In this document: positions 19,339 through 30,180 of the stretch, piece by piece
How the letters are laid out: each line of letters opens with the position of its first letter
How positions within the stretch are numbered: position 1 is the first letter of the stretch
Origin: a virus
Lineage: Duplodnaviria > Caudoviricetes
Reading direction: 5' to 3' (one strand)
Length of the DNA stretch: 59,728 nucleotides
IMG/VR virus record: IMGVR_UViG_3300009104_000024
Coordinates: 1-59,728 of that record
Program-made: the position numbers and the translations under genes
Notes under the pieces: model-generated
What the model saw: the letters and a program-made list of their open reading frames with translations, nothing else
Database searches by the model: none
Told to the model about the DNA's origin: nothing

Positions 19339-21649
19339 AGATGAATGGCAAACTCTATGTTTTACTGCAAGTTTAGTTTTATCAGCAATCTTTGCATTAG
19401 GTGTTAATCAGCTTAAAGCTGAATATATTTATGAAGCTAATCAACCTTTATACCATTTACAAACGAATGCTAATAATTATGAAGGAGAGTTAGCTTACTC
19501 AATTTCAGATGATGGAGTTTCTCCCGCTATAGATTTATCTTTTAATTTTACTTTCTATGGAGAAACATTTAGTCAAGCTAGAATAGCAACTAATGGTTGT
19601 TTGCATTTTAAAACCACTGGTTCGTATTGTAATGACTACACTCCAGACCCAATAACAGGACAGCATACTTATACACTATATCCATTTTGGACAGACTTAA
19701 TTAGAGATAACAACTCAAGAATAAAGTCTTGGGGTGATTCTTCTAAGATGATATTTGGTTGGTACGATCTTAGAGAATACAACAGAAGCAATACAGATAA
19801 TAGTTTTGAAGTAATACTTTGGGCTAATAATACTTTTGAATACAGATATGGTGGCTTAAACGTAATTAACCACGATGTGTTAATAGGAGAGATTGGTAGC
19901 GGAACGTCAGAAAGCTATACTTATTTATACCATGACGAATGTAGCACAGGCACAACTAATTCTAGTTCTTGCGTAAATACTAATTGGAATAGCACTTCAT
20001 CTAATACATTATTAGAAAATGGTGGTTCTCTATATGGAGTGGGAACAGGTAATGCTATAGATTGCAGTGACCCTTTAAATAATGAATCTTGTTCAGGATA
20101 TGCAGCAGCTTACCTAACTCAACAATGTAACCTTACTCAACTTTATAGCGAATCTTGTCCTAATTATTGGGCAGCCTATGACGACCAACAATGTGATGAA
20201 GACCCACAGTATGCTCCTTTCTGTGCAGGTTACACACAAGAGGCATCAGTGGCTTACTATATAGAAGAAGAATTTGATTATGGTTATCAAGATGATATGC
20301 AGGGTGGAAACTTTAGTTTTGATGATGACTTTGGTTATGGAGAAGATATTTTTTCTTACATAGAAGAATTTGATTTTGAGCCAAACGAAGAAATATTAGT
20401 ATTTGAGTATGAAGAAGTTTTTATTGAGTTCGATTTTCAAGAACCTTTTTCAGAAGATATAGACCCTTTACCAGACTTTAATGTTATAGACGCTATCTAT
20501 GATATTCAAGTATTTGATGAACCTGAGTTTCTATTATCCCATAATGAATTTGAAAGAAATGATGTAATTACTATAAACCCAAGTGAGGAACTTATAGAAG
20601 AATTTATATTACAAGAAACTGTTTTAGTAGAAGATTTTGAACAGATTAATACTTTTATAGAGTTTGAAACCATTGAGGAATTAGAAGAATGGTTTGAAGA
20701 AGAAATTAGAGAAGAAATAGCAGAAGAAACAGAAGAAGCTGAAGAAGAACTTTATGCTGAAGAAGAAGTTTTTGAAGAAGAAGTGGTAGAAGAAATATTT
20801 GAAGAAATAGAGGAACAATTTGAGGAAGAAGAAAGAGTAGCTTTAGAGGAAAGGGAAGAAGAGGTTTTAGAGGAAGATGAGGTTGAATTAGTTGCTGAAG
20901 AGAGAACATCAAGAAGTGGAATAACTTCAACTATGTTAAATGTTGTTGGACAATCTATAAGAACAGCATCTAGCAGCAATACATCTTCTAGTAGTTCTTC
21001 TGGGGGTTATTCAAGTGGAAGTAATAGTGGTGGAAATTCTAGTAGTGTAAACAGTAGTGCTGTTAATTCTTCTGTTACAGGTGGTGGAATAAGTACAAGC
21101 AGTTCACCAAGTATGTCTGACCAAATAGCTTCTGCTAATGTGCAAACAAACACTATTCTTTCTTTAAGCCAAGACACAAGCAGTATGTCAGGGGGAAGCT
21201 CTCAAACAGTTAGTAGTGTTTCTACAGTTATAACGCCTATGCCAACATTTGATAATAACCCACAAGTAGTTATGGCAGATGTTCAGGTTCAGAATATGCA
21301 AGGTGAGATAGATACAGCAGTATCAGGAGTTATGACAGCTAGTGAAGCAGATCAAATAGCTGACGAAATTATTGCCAATAATATAAAAGAACAACAAGAA
21401 CAGGCAGAAAGTGAGCAACAAGAAACAGGACAATACGCAGACGAATCAACATTAATAGCTTATTTAGGTTATGTACCAGCATTTGAAGTATATAAGACTT
21501 ATGAAATACCTAAACAAGAAACTTGGTATCAATCTAGAGATATTTATAATGATATAAATATAAGTGATAATGTTAATGCTTTTTATAGTTTAGCAAGCAA
21601 TAATATAAGTTTAATGAATAATATGATTGGACAACAACCTAATTTATAG
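19328..21649 (+). CDS. Large secreted protein: nidogen-like domain, Cys repeats, Glu-rich and Ser-rich tracts
   Basis: Signal-like N-terminus; FNFTFYG, LYPFWTDL, SFEVIL motifs resemble NIDO; domain call by eye. Confidence 0.65.
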   Translation: MPHKDEWQTLCFTASLVLSAIFALGVNQLKAEYIYEANQPLYHLQTNANNYEGELAYSISDDGVSPAIDLSFNFTFYGETFSQARIATNGCLHFKTTGSYCNDYTPDPITGQHTYTLYPFWTDLIRDNNSRIKSWGDSSKMIFGWYDLREYNRSNTDNSFEVILWANNTFEYRYGGLNVINHDVLIGEIGSGTSESYTYLYHDECSTGTTNSSSCVNTNWNSTSSNTLLENGGSLYGVGTGNAIDCSDPLNNESCSGYAAAYLTQQCNLTQLYSESCPNYWAAYDDQQCDEDPQYAPFCAGYTQEASVAYYIEEEFDYGYQDDMQGGNFSFDDDFGYGEDIFSYIEEFDFEPNEEILVFEYEEVFIEFDFQEPFSEDIDPLPDFNVIDAIYDIQVFDEPEFLLSHNEFERNDVITINPSEELIEEFILQETVLVEDFEQINTFIEFETIEELEEWFEEEIREEIAEETEEAEEELYAEEEVFEEEVVEEIFEEIEEQFEEEERVALEEREEEVLEEDEVELVAEERTSRSGITSTMLNVVGQSIRTASSSNTSSSSSSGGYSSGSNSGGNSSSVNSSAVNSSVTGGGISTSSSPSMSDQIASANVQTNTILSLSQDTSSMSGGSSQTVSSVSTVITPMPTFDNNPQVVMADVQVQNMQGEIDTAVSGVMTASEADQIADEIIANNIKEQQEQAESEQQETGQYADESTLIAYLGYVPAFEVYKTYEIPKQETWYQSRDIYNDINISDNVNAFYSLASNNISLMNNMIGQQPNL

Positions 21650-21658
21650 GAGAATGAT

Positions 21659-22003
21659 ATGGATTGGTTTCAAAATAAAACAACGCAATTAATAGCTTTA
21701 GTATCGATTGTAGGTACTTTGGCTGGTTTTGGTTACACAGGAGCTACTTACGTTAATCGTTTAGAAAATCTTGAAGCTAAAATAGGTGGTTTAGGTGAGA
21801 CAGAAGATGCTCAACAAGCCATTGAAGAACGCTTTGCCAGTATAGAAACTCAAGTTACATATTTAGAAAAACAAATAAACAGTATAAAAATACCTGACAA
21901 TAGCGATATGCAAGCTTCTGTTGCTTCATTAACTAGCGATGTTGAAAGAATTTGGATTGAATTAGATAAGCTAGAAGATAGTAAAAATCCTTTAGCTAAC
22001 TAA
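21659..22003 (+). CDS. Membrane-anchored coiled-coil protein
   Basis: AGGAG RBS; N-terminal TM helix. Confidence 0.7.
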   Translation: MDWFQNKTTQLIALVSIVGTLAGFGYTGATYVNRLENLEAKIGGLGETEDAQQAIEERFASIETQVTYLEKQINSIKIPDNSDMQASVASLTSDVERIWIELDKLEDSKNPLAN

Positions 22004-22234
22004 ATGGCAATAAAATTAAAATTAGTTTTAAACTGGTTTGTAGATTTATTTAAAACCAGATACAAAATAACAGTATCTTTTAATAAAGAATATGGAGATG
22101 CTGATGATAAAATTTATATAACAAAAAAAATTATTACTAAAAAAGAAAAACATTTAAAGTTTAAAGATGAAAATAATAATTTAATTGAATATAGAAGTGC
22201 ATCAGGTCTTAATTATATTATAGAGGATGTGTAA
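22004..22234 (+). CDS. Hypothetical protein
   Basis: Coupled ORF. Confidence 0.6.
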   Translation: MAIKLKLVLNWFVDLFKTRYKITVSFNKEYGDADDKIYITKKIITKKEKHLKFKDENNNLIEYRSASGLNYIIEDV

Positions 22235-22629
22235 TGAATCAAGCATTAGCAGGAATAATAATAGTATTAGGATTTCTAACTTATTATTTATACAATCAAA
22301 ATCAAATACTTACAGCTAATAACATGGCATTAGAAGGTGCTATAGCTACACAAGAAGAAGCCATACAAAGTTTGCAAGATGACTTTGAGTTACAAACCAC
22401 ACAATTAAATGAACTTAATTTAAAAAGTCAGGCTGCTCAAAGAGAGTTAAATAGATATACACAGTTTATACAAAACTACGAGTTAGCAGCTAAAATACTT
22501 GCAGACCCTGTAGAAATGCAAAGGAAAATAAATAATGGAACTAAACACATTATGGAAGACATTGAGAAAATCAGCGTTACAATTGATAGTCTTGATGACG
22601 ATATGCAGTTGCAGTCTTATTCCAACTAA
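22234..22629 (+). CDS. Putative inner-membrane spanin (Rz-like)
   Basis: N-terminal TM plus coiled coil; overlaps a downstream lipoprotein; next to lysozyme. Confidence 0.65.
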   Translation: MNQALAGIIIVLGFLTYYLYNQNQILTANNMALEGAIATQEEAIQSLQDDFELQTTQLNELNLKSQAAQRELNRYTQFIQNYELAAKILADPVEMQRKINNGTKHIMEDIEKISVTIDSLDDDMQLQSYSN

Positions 22630-22924
22630 ACAAATAGAAATATCTGCAAAACCTCTAGAGCGTAAAATTGCTCATCCTGTTATGCCAAGAGAAATAGATT
22701 TGCATGAACCTATGTGGATTACTATTACACCTGAGAATGTAGATGAGCAGTTAGCAAAAATAGAAAAACAAGAAGGTGAATTAGTTTTTCTGGCTATGAC
22801 AATACCTGACTATGAGGTAATGGCATATAATATGCAGGAGTTAAAGAGGTATATAACTGAATTAAAAGAAGTTGTTGTTTATTACAAAACAGTAACAACA
22901 CCTAAATCTAAAACAGGGGATTAA
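22535..22924 (+). CDS. Putative outer-membrane spanin lipoprotein (Rz1-like)
   Basis: Hydrophobic stretch ending in ICSC lipobox-like motif; overlaps Rz-like gene. Confidence 0.6.
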   Translation: MELNTLWKTLRKSALQLIVLMTICSCSLIPTKQIEISAKPLERKIAHPVMPREIDLHEPMWITITPENVDEQLAKIEKQEGELVFLAMTIPDYEVMAYNMQELKRYITELKEVVVYYKTVTTPKSKTGD

Positions 22925-22926
22925 AA

Positions 22927-23370
22927 ATGAATATATCAAGAGAAGGAATAGCTTTAATTAAAAAATTTGAAGGCTGTGAGCTACAGGCATATAAATGTCC
23001 AGCTGGTGTATGGACTATAGGTTATGGACACACAAAAGATGTGAAAGAAGGTGACAGAATAAATAAGGATGAAGCTAATCATTTGTTGGAAGAAGAAATG
23101 ATAGAGTATGAGAGCTATGTAAATGACATGGTTGATGTTGAGCTCAATCAAAATCAATTTGATTCGTTGTGTTCGTTTTGCTACAACTTGGGTCCACATA
23201 ACCTCAAATCATCTACACTTTTAAAAGTTTTGAATGACAAGAAATATCACGAAGTTCCTGCACAAATTAAAAGATGGAACAAAGCTGGAGGAAAGGTTTT
23301 AGATGGTTTAGTAAAAAGAAGAGAGGCTGAAGCTCTTTTGTTTGAAGGCAAAGAATGGATTGAGGTTTAA
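22927..23370 (+). CDS. Endolysin, GH24 lysozyme
   Basis: IKKFEG..L.AY.CPAG.WTIGYGH, NQFDSL, GLVKRREAE. Confidence 0.93.
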   Translation: MNISREGIALIKKFEGCELQAYKCPAGVWTIGYGHTKDVKEGDRINKDEANHLLEEEMIEYESYVNDMVDVELNQNQFDSLCSFCYNLGPHNLKSSTLLKVLNDKKYHEVPAQIKRWNKAGGKVLDGLVKRREAEALLFEGKEWIEV

Positions 23371-23371
23371 T

Positions 23372-25243
23372 ATGCCTTTAGCTAAATATGTTTTTAAACC
23401 AGGAATAAATAAGGAAGGAACTAACTACTCAAATGAAGGTGGTTGGTTTGATGCTGATAAAGTAAGATTCCGTAAAGGCAAACCTGAAAGAATAGGTGGA
23501 TGGACAAAGTTTTCTACAGATGATTTTATAGGAACTTGTAGAAAATTATATCCGTATAAAGCAACAAGTGGTGAAAACTATGTAATTTTAGGAACACACC
23601 AAAAATTATATGTTTTAAATGGTTTTAATTATTACGATATAACACCTATAAGAGCAACAACTTCTGCTGGAGATGTTACTTTTTCTGCGAGTAATGGCAG
23701 TTCAACGATAACTGTAACCGATACAAGTCATGGTGCAGTAACGGGAGATTTTGTTACTTTTAGTGGTGCTGCTACTTTAGGAGGATTGGTTACTGCTACT
23801 GTATTAAATCAAGAATATCAAATAGATTTAGTCACCTCAGCGAATGCTTATACAATAACAGCTAAAGATACTTCTGATGCCACAGTTACAGCGAATGCGA
23901 GTGATTCAGGTAATGGCGGTAGTTCTGTAGTAGGTGCTTACCAAATTAATTCAGGTCTAGACGTTTATGTAAGAAGCACAGGCTGGGGTGTAAATACTTG
24001 GGGAGCAGGTGCATGGGGTGAAGAATCTGATTTATCTTTAACTAATCAATTAAGATTATGGTCTATAGATAATTTTGGTGATGACACTATAGCAGCTCCT
24101 AGAGGGGGTGCTTTGTATTTTTGGGATAAATCAGATGGTTTAACTACAAGAGCAGTTGCTTTATCAGCAGAATCAGGTGCTAGCGATGTGCCAACAATTT
24201 GTTTGCAAGTTATGACATCAGATGTTGATAAGCACGTTATCGCTTTTGGTTCTAACCCTATAGGAAGTTCTGCTATTGATCCTTTATTAGTTAGATTTTC
24301 AGATAGAGAAAGTGCAGTAGATTGGACTCCTACAGCTACTAATCAAGCGGGTGGTGTGCAGTTGTCACAAGGTTCTACAATAATAAGTGCATTAAGAACA
24401 AGACAAGAAATACTTATATGGACAGATGCAGGTATTGTTTCTATGCGTTTTGTTGGAGAGCCTTTTATATTTAGTTTTACAGAAGTAGCTGAAGGTGTAA
24501 GTTTAATATCGCCTAATGCTGCAACAAATGCCAATAATAGAGTGTATTTTATGGATCGCAGTGGTTTTCATGTCTATTCAGGAACATCACAAAGATTGCC
24601 TTGTACTGTGTTAGATTATGTTTTATCTGATTTAAACCAAGACCAGTCTCACAAAGTTTTTGCTGGTTCAAATGAAGGGGTTAATGAGGTTATATGGTTC
24701 TATCCTTCAGGCACTAATACAGAAATAGACAAATATGTTTTGTTTAATTACTTAGAAAATACTTGGTCAATTGGTACAACATCAGATAACTTTGTTAGAA
24801 CTGCATGGAATGAAGCATCTATATATGAGAATCCAATAGCAGCTAGCAAAAATAGCAGCACAGTAAATACAAATTATATATATAACCATGAAGTAGGTCA
24901 TGGAGATGGTAATGATGCTTTTACTGCCTATATAGAATCAAGTGATTTTGATTTAGCTCCTGATGGAGAAAACTTTACTTTTATATCTAAGTTAATACCT
25001 GATATAGAATTTAGAAATCAACAATCAACAAGTGATACTGTTACTTTTACAATAAAAGGCAGAGATTATCCTTTGCAAGATTTGTCTACTTTACAAACTA
25101 TAAATGTAACTCCAGCTTCTACTTTTGAAAATACTAGAGCTAGGAGTAGACAAGCAGCTATGCGTATATCTAATTCATCTAGTGATTATGGTTGGCGATT
25201 AGGTGATTTAAGGTTAGAAATTAGACCAGATGGGAAAAGATAA
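23372..25243 (+). CDS. Tail nozzle / DNA stabilisation protein (P22 gp10-like)
   Basis: About 620 aa, beta-propeller-like, precedes ejection proteins; GAGG RBS favours ATG 23372. Confidence 0.7.
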   Translation: MPLAKYVFKPGINKEGTNYSNEGGWFDADKVRFRKGKPERIGGWTKFSTDDFIGTCRKLYPYKATSGENYVILGTHQKLYVLNGFNYYDITPIRATTSAGDVTFSASNGSSTITVTDTSHGAVTGDFVTFSGAATLGGLVTATVLNQEYQIDLVTSANAYTITAKDTSDATVTANASDSGNGGSSVVGAYQINSGLDVYVRSTGWGVNTWGAGAWGEESDLSLTNQLRLWSIDNFGDDTIAAPRGGALYFWDKSDGLTTRAVALSAESGASDVPTICLQVMTSDVDKHVIAFGSNPIGSSAIDPLLVRFSDRESAVDWTPTATNQAGGVQLSQGSTIISALRTRQEILIWTDAGIVSMRFVGEPFIFSFTEVAEGVSLISPNAATNANNRVYFMDRSGFHVYSGTSQRLPCTVLDYVLSDLNQDQSHKVFAGSNEGVNEVIWFYPSGTNTEIDKYVLFNYLENTWSIGTTSDNFVRTAWNEASIYENPIAASKNSSTVNTNYIYNHEVGHGDGNDAFTAYIESSDFDLAPDGENFTFISKLIPDIEFRNQQSTSDTVTFTIKGRDYPLQDLSTLQTINVTPASTFENTRARSRQAAMRISNSSSDYGWRLGDLRLEIRPDGKR

Positions 25244-25446
25244 TGGCTGATATCAAAACGATAGCATTACCAGCAGTAAATTTAGATTATGATGCTAATA
25301 ATGAAGCTGTTACACGCAGAACTATTGAACAAGCGATAGAAGATATAAATGTTAAGATAACAAACATACAAAGGATGCAATCAACAGTTACAAGTAAAGC
25401 TTCTAAACGACATCAATTTTTATTAATGGGGTTAAAACATGGCTGA
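25243..25446 (+). CDS. Hypothetical virion protein
   Basis: Coupled ORF. Confidence 0.65.
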   Translation: MADIKTIALPAVNLDYDANNEAVTRRTIEQAIEDINVKITNIQRMQSTVTSKASKRHQFLLMGLKHG

Positions 25447-25777
25447 TAGCTTAAAAGTATTAGGTCAATTAGACCCTGCTGCAACAACTGTAACTACGCT
25501 TTATACAGTGCCAGATATGACGCAGACCACAATTAGTTCTATTATGGCAGCAAACAGAACAGGTTCAGCCATAACATTTAGACTAAGTGTTCATGTGGCT
25601 GGAGCAGGTGCAGATGATAAACAGTATTTATACTATGACAAATCAGTTGCAGCTAATGATTCATTGGCTATAGTTATAGGTATAACACTTAATCAAACAG
25701 ATGTATTAAAGGTTTATACAAGTGCGGTTGATATGAGTTTTAATGCCTTTGGTTGCGAAACTAAAGAGGAAAGATAA
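25439..25777 (+). CDS. Hypothetical virion protein
   Basis: Coupled beta-rich ORF. Confidence 0.65.
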   Translation: MADSLKVLGQLDPAATTVTTLYTVPDMTQTTISSIMAANRTGSAITFRLSVHVAGAGADDKQYLYYDKSVAANDSLAIVIGITLNQTDVLKVYTSAVDMSFNAFGCETKEER

Positions 25778-28700
25778 ATGGCAAATGAAAATGATACTTT
25801 AAAAACTTTTACTCCTTCAGTTGATGAAGGATTGTTTGATGTTAGTCCACAACTAACATTAGATGCTCTTTCAGGTATTTTAAATCCTTTTTCAAGACAA
25901 AACACTTTTAGAACACCTGCTAGAGAAGAAGATATAAGGAAAGAACTTAAATCTTCTCATATACCTGAATTTACAGATTTTCTTTTAAAAGGCGGTACTA
26001 GAGGTGTTGGCACAGATGATTTAGATAAAACTTATGCTAAAACAGATAATCCTTTAATTAAACAAGCTATTTTACGAGGAGATGATTTTGTTACAGGTAA
26101 TATTATAAGAAATAATTTTTATGGTCTTGATCTTGATGATAGAAATTTAATTTCTCAAGCGTATGTTATAAATGCTAGATTTAATCCTTTTAGTTCATTA
26201 GGTAAAACAAAAAAAGGTGAAGAAGTACCAAAAAATATAATAGCAGAATTTAATAAATTAAAAAAAGGTAAAAAAGATTTTGATGCTGGCAATATAACGG
26301 AAGAACAATATGAAACTATAAAAGGTAAATCTTATAGAAACCTTACAGAAAATATTAGTAAAGAAGCAAGTATGTCTTTATTTAAAGACCCAAGATCAAT
26401 GGAATCTATTCCTTTCAATGACCCTTATGCAGGTAAACCAAAATCAAGAAAAGCAGCTATAGAAGCAGGAATAGGTCCATTTGAACAAGGTTTTAGTGGT
26501 TTAAGGGCATATGATTTATCTCCATTAGAAGAATTACAATTAAAATCTAAGTATGGGTTTTCTCCTGAAGTGCCAAGTTATTTAGGTCCTCGTACTGGTA
26601 CTAATTATGTGCCAACCAAAAATCAAGAAAGGTTTAGAGTTATACCTCAAAGAAGTAAAGAAGGTTATGAAGGTTTTGAACCAGAAAGAAGAATAGACAG
26701 ATTGGAAGATTTTGTTTCTATGGAAGATTCTAATATGTTAAGTGGACCTGAAGGAGTTTATTATAATCCTGAAACAAAACAATTTTTAAGAGGAGAAACT
26801 ACATATGGTGAACCTCCTGTTTTACAAGGTTACAAATATGATCCAAGACTTATAGAATTAATGCAAATGCAAAGAAGTCCAGCTTTTGCAGAACAGTTTA
26901 AAAATAATGGCGGTTTAACACAATTAGCAAAAGGTGGAACTATGGATATACAACAACAAACTAAAAACGTAGCAGCACAAGGTCGTTATGGTGACTCTAT
27001 GCTTTTGCACGTTAATCCAGCAGAGGTAAAAGGATTAGCGTCAGCTATGCCTATAACAGTCAATCCACAAACAGGACAACCAGAAGCATTCTTACCTTTT
27101 CTAGCACCTTTATTAGGAAGTTGGGCTGGAAGTGCTTTATTAGGTGCAGGAACAGCAGCAGGATTAAGTACAGCAGCAGCAGCAGGTATTGGTGCAGGTC
27201 TAGCACAAACAGCAGTTACAGGTGATATTAAAGAAGGATTAAAAGCAGGTCTTATGGCAGGTTTTGGGTCAAAAATTCTTGGAGAAGCTGGAGCAGAACA
27301 AACAGGAGCACTAGAGGGAGCGGAAGCAACAAAACAGATATCATCAGCACACACACAAAACCTTTTAAAAGACCCTAAACTTACACAACCAGGTGAGCTT
27401 CTAGCTGGTCAAATAGGACCACCACCACCTGTTTTAAATGAATTAGGAAATGTTGAATTAAGTAATTTAATGGCAGATGCACAGAATCGTATAGGTGAGA
27501 GAGCACTAGGAGCTTCTTCTAAATTCTTAGAAGGCAATCCTTCAAACATAGATTCATTGAGAACTGCTTTTGCAGACCCAACAGGTGGTTATAATGTAGG
27601 GCAAGGACTTTCTAATATTGGTTCAGCAGCCATGAATGACCCATTAGCATTAGCTGCACTAGGAACTACTGGAACAATGTATGGCATGGATATGATGCAA
27701 GCTGATTACGAAGAACAAATGCGTAGAATTGAAGAAGAAAGGTTAGAAAGAAAAAGACAAAATGAATTGATGAATCCTGAACCTATACTTTTCTCAGCAG
27801 AAGGAGGAATAACTGGTTACGATCTTGGAGGCATGGTAAGAAGTAAATTTGGTGACTTGCCTGATAATATAGGTGGAGAATTGCCACAAATTTATGCTCC
27901 AGCAAGACAACCTTATCAAATTAATCCTGATTTTATGCCTGGTTTTTCACCTGAAACTATGTATTTTAATCCAGCCACAATATCAGCTCCTGCGTCAGGT
28001 TTACAAGCAGGTGCACCTTCAATAGGAGTAGATACATATGAAGGCTCTAAAGGCGGTTATGGAGGCAGACAGGCTTATATAGCTCCACAAGTATCTATTG
28101 ACCCATATGCTGCTTATACAGGTGAAGCACCAGAAGGATTAAAATTTGGTAAACAACCTAGACCTGTATTTGTAGGACCTGAATTACCAGACCAAGGACT
28201 TGTAAATCCAGGAATACCTGATTTTGATGGACCTGTTGGATTAGGTGGAAGAATAGGTATTCCTAATATAGGAAACTTAGATATGCAATCAATAATAGAT
28301 AGTCTTGACCAATATAATATTCCTGAAAGAGAAATTGGTTTAGGTGAGTTTATGAATCAACAAATTACACCATATCTTGATAATACTATGAATATTGCAC
28401 CTACTTTAGAAGTTGCTCCTAAACTAACTGACATGAGCGAAGACGATCTTCAACCTTTTATTGACGCAAGAAATGAAGCTGGAGGAACGGACAATATGTC
28501 AAGAAGTGTAGAGAATTTCTTACTTAGGTCAACTACTAGACTTTTAGAAAATGCAGGAATGATTCCTCCTTATGAAGATTCCGCTAATAAATATCCCATA
28601 AATACAACTAAATCCGCAGACGTTGTGCAACCTCGTACTCTTGGTAAACAACTACTACCAGGCACAGACAATGGAATAGATATTTCTCAATATTTAGGTG

Positions 28701-29710
28701 GTGATAATAGAGAAGATACATTAAAAGGCTTACAAGGTATTTTTGGTCCACAAGTAGAAGCTGGTAAACCTGAAGCTTTAATTGACCGAAATAATTTAAT
28801 TGAATATATGAAAAATCAAGGGCTTGAACCTGATTTTGCAAGTGGTGGCGATACTGGTTTATTTAGTGATCCTGTATTACTTCCTCCTACTATGCCTATG
28901 ACTGCTCCAGTAGCTCCTTTTGGAGTTAATCCTATGCCAGTAGATATAATGCCAATTCCTGCTTCTTCAAATCCAAATATTGAACCTTATACTCTAGGCT
29001 TTGTTTCTCCTCCTGATCCTGTTATTGCTCCTCCTCTTTCTCCTATTCCTGTTCCTACTGAAGCAGGAGCACTTGCTTCTGATTTAACTCCTGCTCCTGT
29101 TCTTACTCCTGTGATTGCTCCTGCTTCTAATTATGTGGGTGGTTTTAATCCTGCTTCTACTCCTGATATTCCTGTTGAACTATCATCTGTTATAAAACAA
29201 AATTTAGAAGATTTAAAAGAATCAGAACCTGATTTTGCAGGTGGTGGAAAAACTTTATCTAAAATGGGATATCAAGAAGGTGGTATGACAGATATGATGA
29301 GTGACCCTTTAACTCAAGAAGTTGCTAGGTTTATTTTGGGTGAATCTGATAATGAAGAAGCTTTAAATATGTTTTTAACTAAGTATGGAAATGAAGCCTT
29401 TATGGAACTTAGAGAAGCTGTATTGCAATCTATAGTTCCAGGTGCTCAAACAGAAGGTTTAATTGCAGGCGATGGCGAAGGTGGAATGGATGATGACCTC
29501 AGAGGAATGATAGGGAATAAAGAAAAAATAGCCGTATCTCAAGACGAATTTATAGTTCCTGCTGATGTAGTATCTATGTTAGGAGATGGTAGTTCAAATG
29601 CTGGTTCTCAAGAACTCTACGACATGATGGATAGAGTTAGACAAACTAAAACAGGAACTACTAAACAAGCACCTAGATTAGCTAATGCAGGAGGACTATT
29701 GCCAGCATGA
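25778..29710 (+). CDS. Internal virion / ejection protein, modular
   Basis: 1310 aa; Gly/Ala hydrophobic segment, recurrent xxGG linkers, C-terminal DEFIVPADVVS motif. Confidence 0.65.
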   Translation: MANENDTLKTFTPSVDEGLFDVSPQLTLDALSGILNPFSRQNTFRTPAREEDIRKELKSSHIPEFTDFLLKGGTRGVGTDDLDKTYAKTDNPLIKQAILRGDDFVTGNIIRNNFYGLDLDDRNLISQAYVINARFNPFSSLGKTKKGEEVPKNIIAEFNKLKKGKKDFDAGNITEEQYETIKGKSYRNLTENISKEASMSLFKDPRSMESIPFNDPYAGKPKSRKAAIEAGIGPFEQGFSGLRAYDLSPLEELQLKSKYGFSPEVPSYLGPRTGTNYVPTKNQERFRVIPQRSKEGYEGFEPERRIDRLEDFVSMEDSNMLSGPEGVYYNPETKQFLRGETTYGEPPVLQGYKYDPRLIELMQMQRSPAFAEQFKNNGGLTQLAKGGTMDIQQQTKNVAAQGRYGDSMLLHVNPAEVKGLASAMPITVNPQTGQPEAFLPFLAPLLGSWAGSALLGAGTAAGLSTAAAAGIGAGLAQTAVTGDIKEGLKAGLMAGFGSKILGEAGAEQTGALEGAEATKQISSAHTQNLLKDPKLTQPGELLAGQIGPPPPVLNELGNVELSNLMADAQNRIGERALGASSKFLEGNPSNIDSLRTAFADPTGGYNVGQGLSNIGSAAMNDPLALAALGTTGTMYGMDMMQADYEEQMRRIEEERLERKRQNELMNPEPILFSAEGGITGYDLGGMVRSKFGDLPDNIGGELPQIYAPARQPYQINPDFMPGFSPETMYFNPATISAPASGLQAGAPSIGVDTYEGSKGGYGGRQAYIAPQVSIDPYAAYTGEAPEGLKFGKQPRPVFVGPELPDQGLVNPGIPDFDGPVGLGGRIGIPNIGNLDMQSIIDSLDQYNIPEREIGLGEFMNQQITPYLDNTMNIAPTLEVAPKLTDMSEDDLQPFIDARNEAGGTDNMSRSVENFLLRSTTRLLENAGMIPPYEDSANKYPINTTKSADVVQPRTLGKQLLPGTDNGIDISQYLGGDNREDTLKGLQGIFGPQVEAGKPEALIDRNNLIEYMKNQGLEPDFASGGDTGLFSDPVLLPPTMPMTAPVAPFGVNPMPVDIMPIPASSNPNIEPYTLGFVSPPDPVIAPPLSPIPVPTEAGALASDLTPAPVLTPVIAPASNYVGGFNPASTPDIPVELSSVIKQNLEDLKESEPDFAGGGKTLSKMGYQEGGMTDMMSDPLTQEVARFILGESDNEEALNMFLTKYGNEAFMELREAVLQSIVPGAQTEGLIAGDGEGGMDDDLRGMIGNKEKIAVSQDEFIVPADVVSMLGDGSSNAGSQELYDMMDRVRQTKTGTTKQAPRLANAGGLLPA

Positions 29711-30180
29711 ATGAGCCAGCAATGAATCAAGAAGCTTCAGGTATTTATGAAATATCTTTAGTTCCAATAGAACAAATGCCTTTAATTTGGTCACAAGTTG
29801 AAGGATTTTTAAAAAAATCTGCTAAAAGATCAGGTGGCAGAACAAGAATTGAAGATATTTATTATGATTTAATAAATAACCAATCTCAATTATGGATAAT
29901 ATTTGATACAGGAGATTTAAAAATAAATGGAGTACAGATAACTTTATTTAATGATTATCCAACTGGTAAAAGAATGCTTAATCTTGAGCATACATCAGGC
30001 AAAAATATGCAAGATTGGGTCGAAGAAGGTATAGAAGTAATGATGAAATTTGCCAAATCTAATGGATGTGAAGGATTAGAAGGTATGGGTCGTCATGGTC
30101 AATGGAATTGGGTCAAAAACAAAAGAGGCTGGAAGAAGCCTGCAACATTTTACGAATATATATTTGAGGATGATAAATGA
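29707..30180 (+). CDS. Hypothetical protein, possibly GNAT-like
   Basis: FAKSNGCEGLEGMGRHG motif; among ejection genes. Confidence 0.5.
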   Translation: MNEPAMNQEASGIYEISLVPIEQMPLIWSQVEGFLKKSAKRSGGRTRIEDIYYDLINNQSQLWIIFDTGDLKINGVQITLFNDYPTGKRMLNLEHTSGKNMQDWVEEGIEVMMKFAKSNGCEGLEGMGRHGQWNWVKNKRGWKKPATFYEYIFEDDK

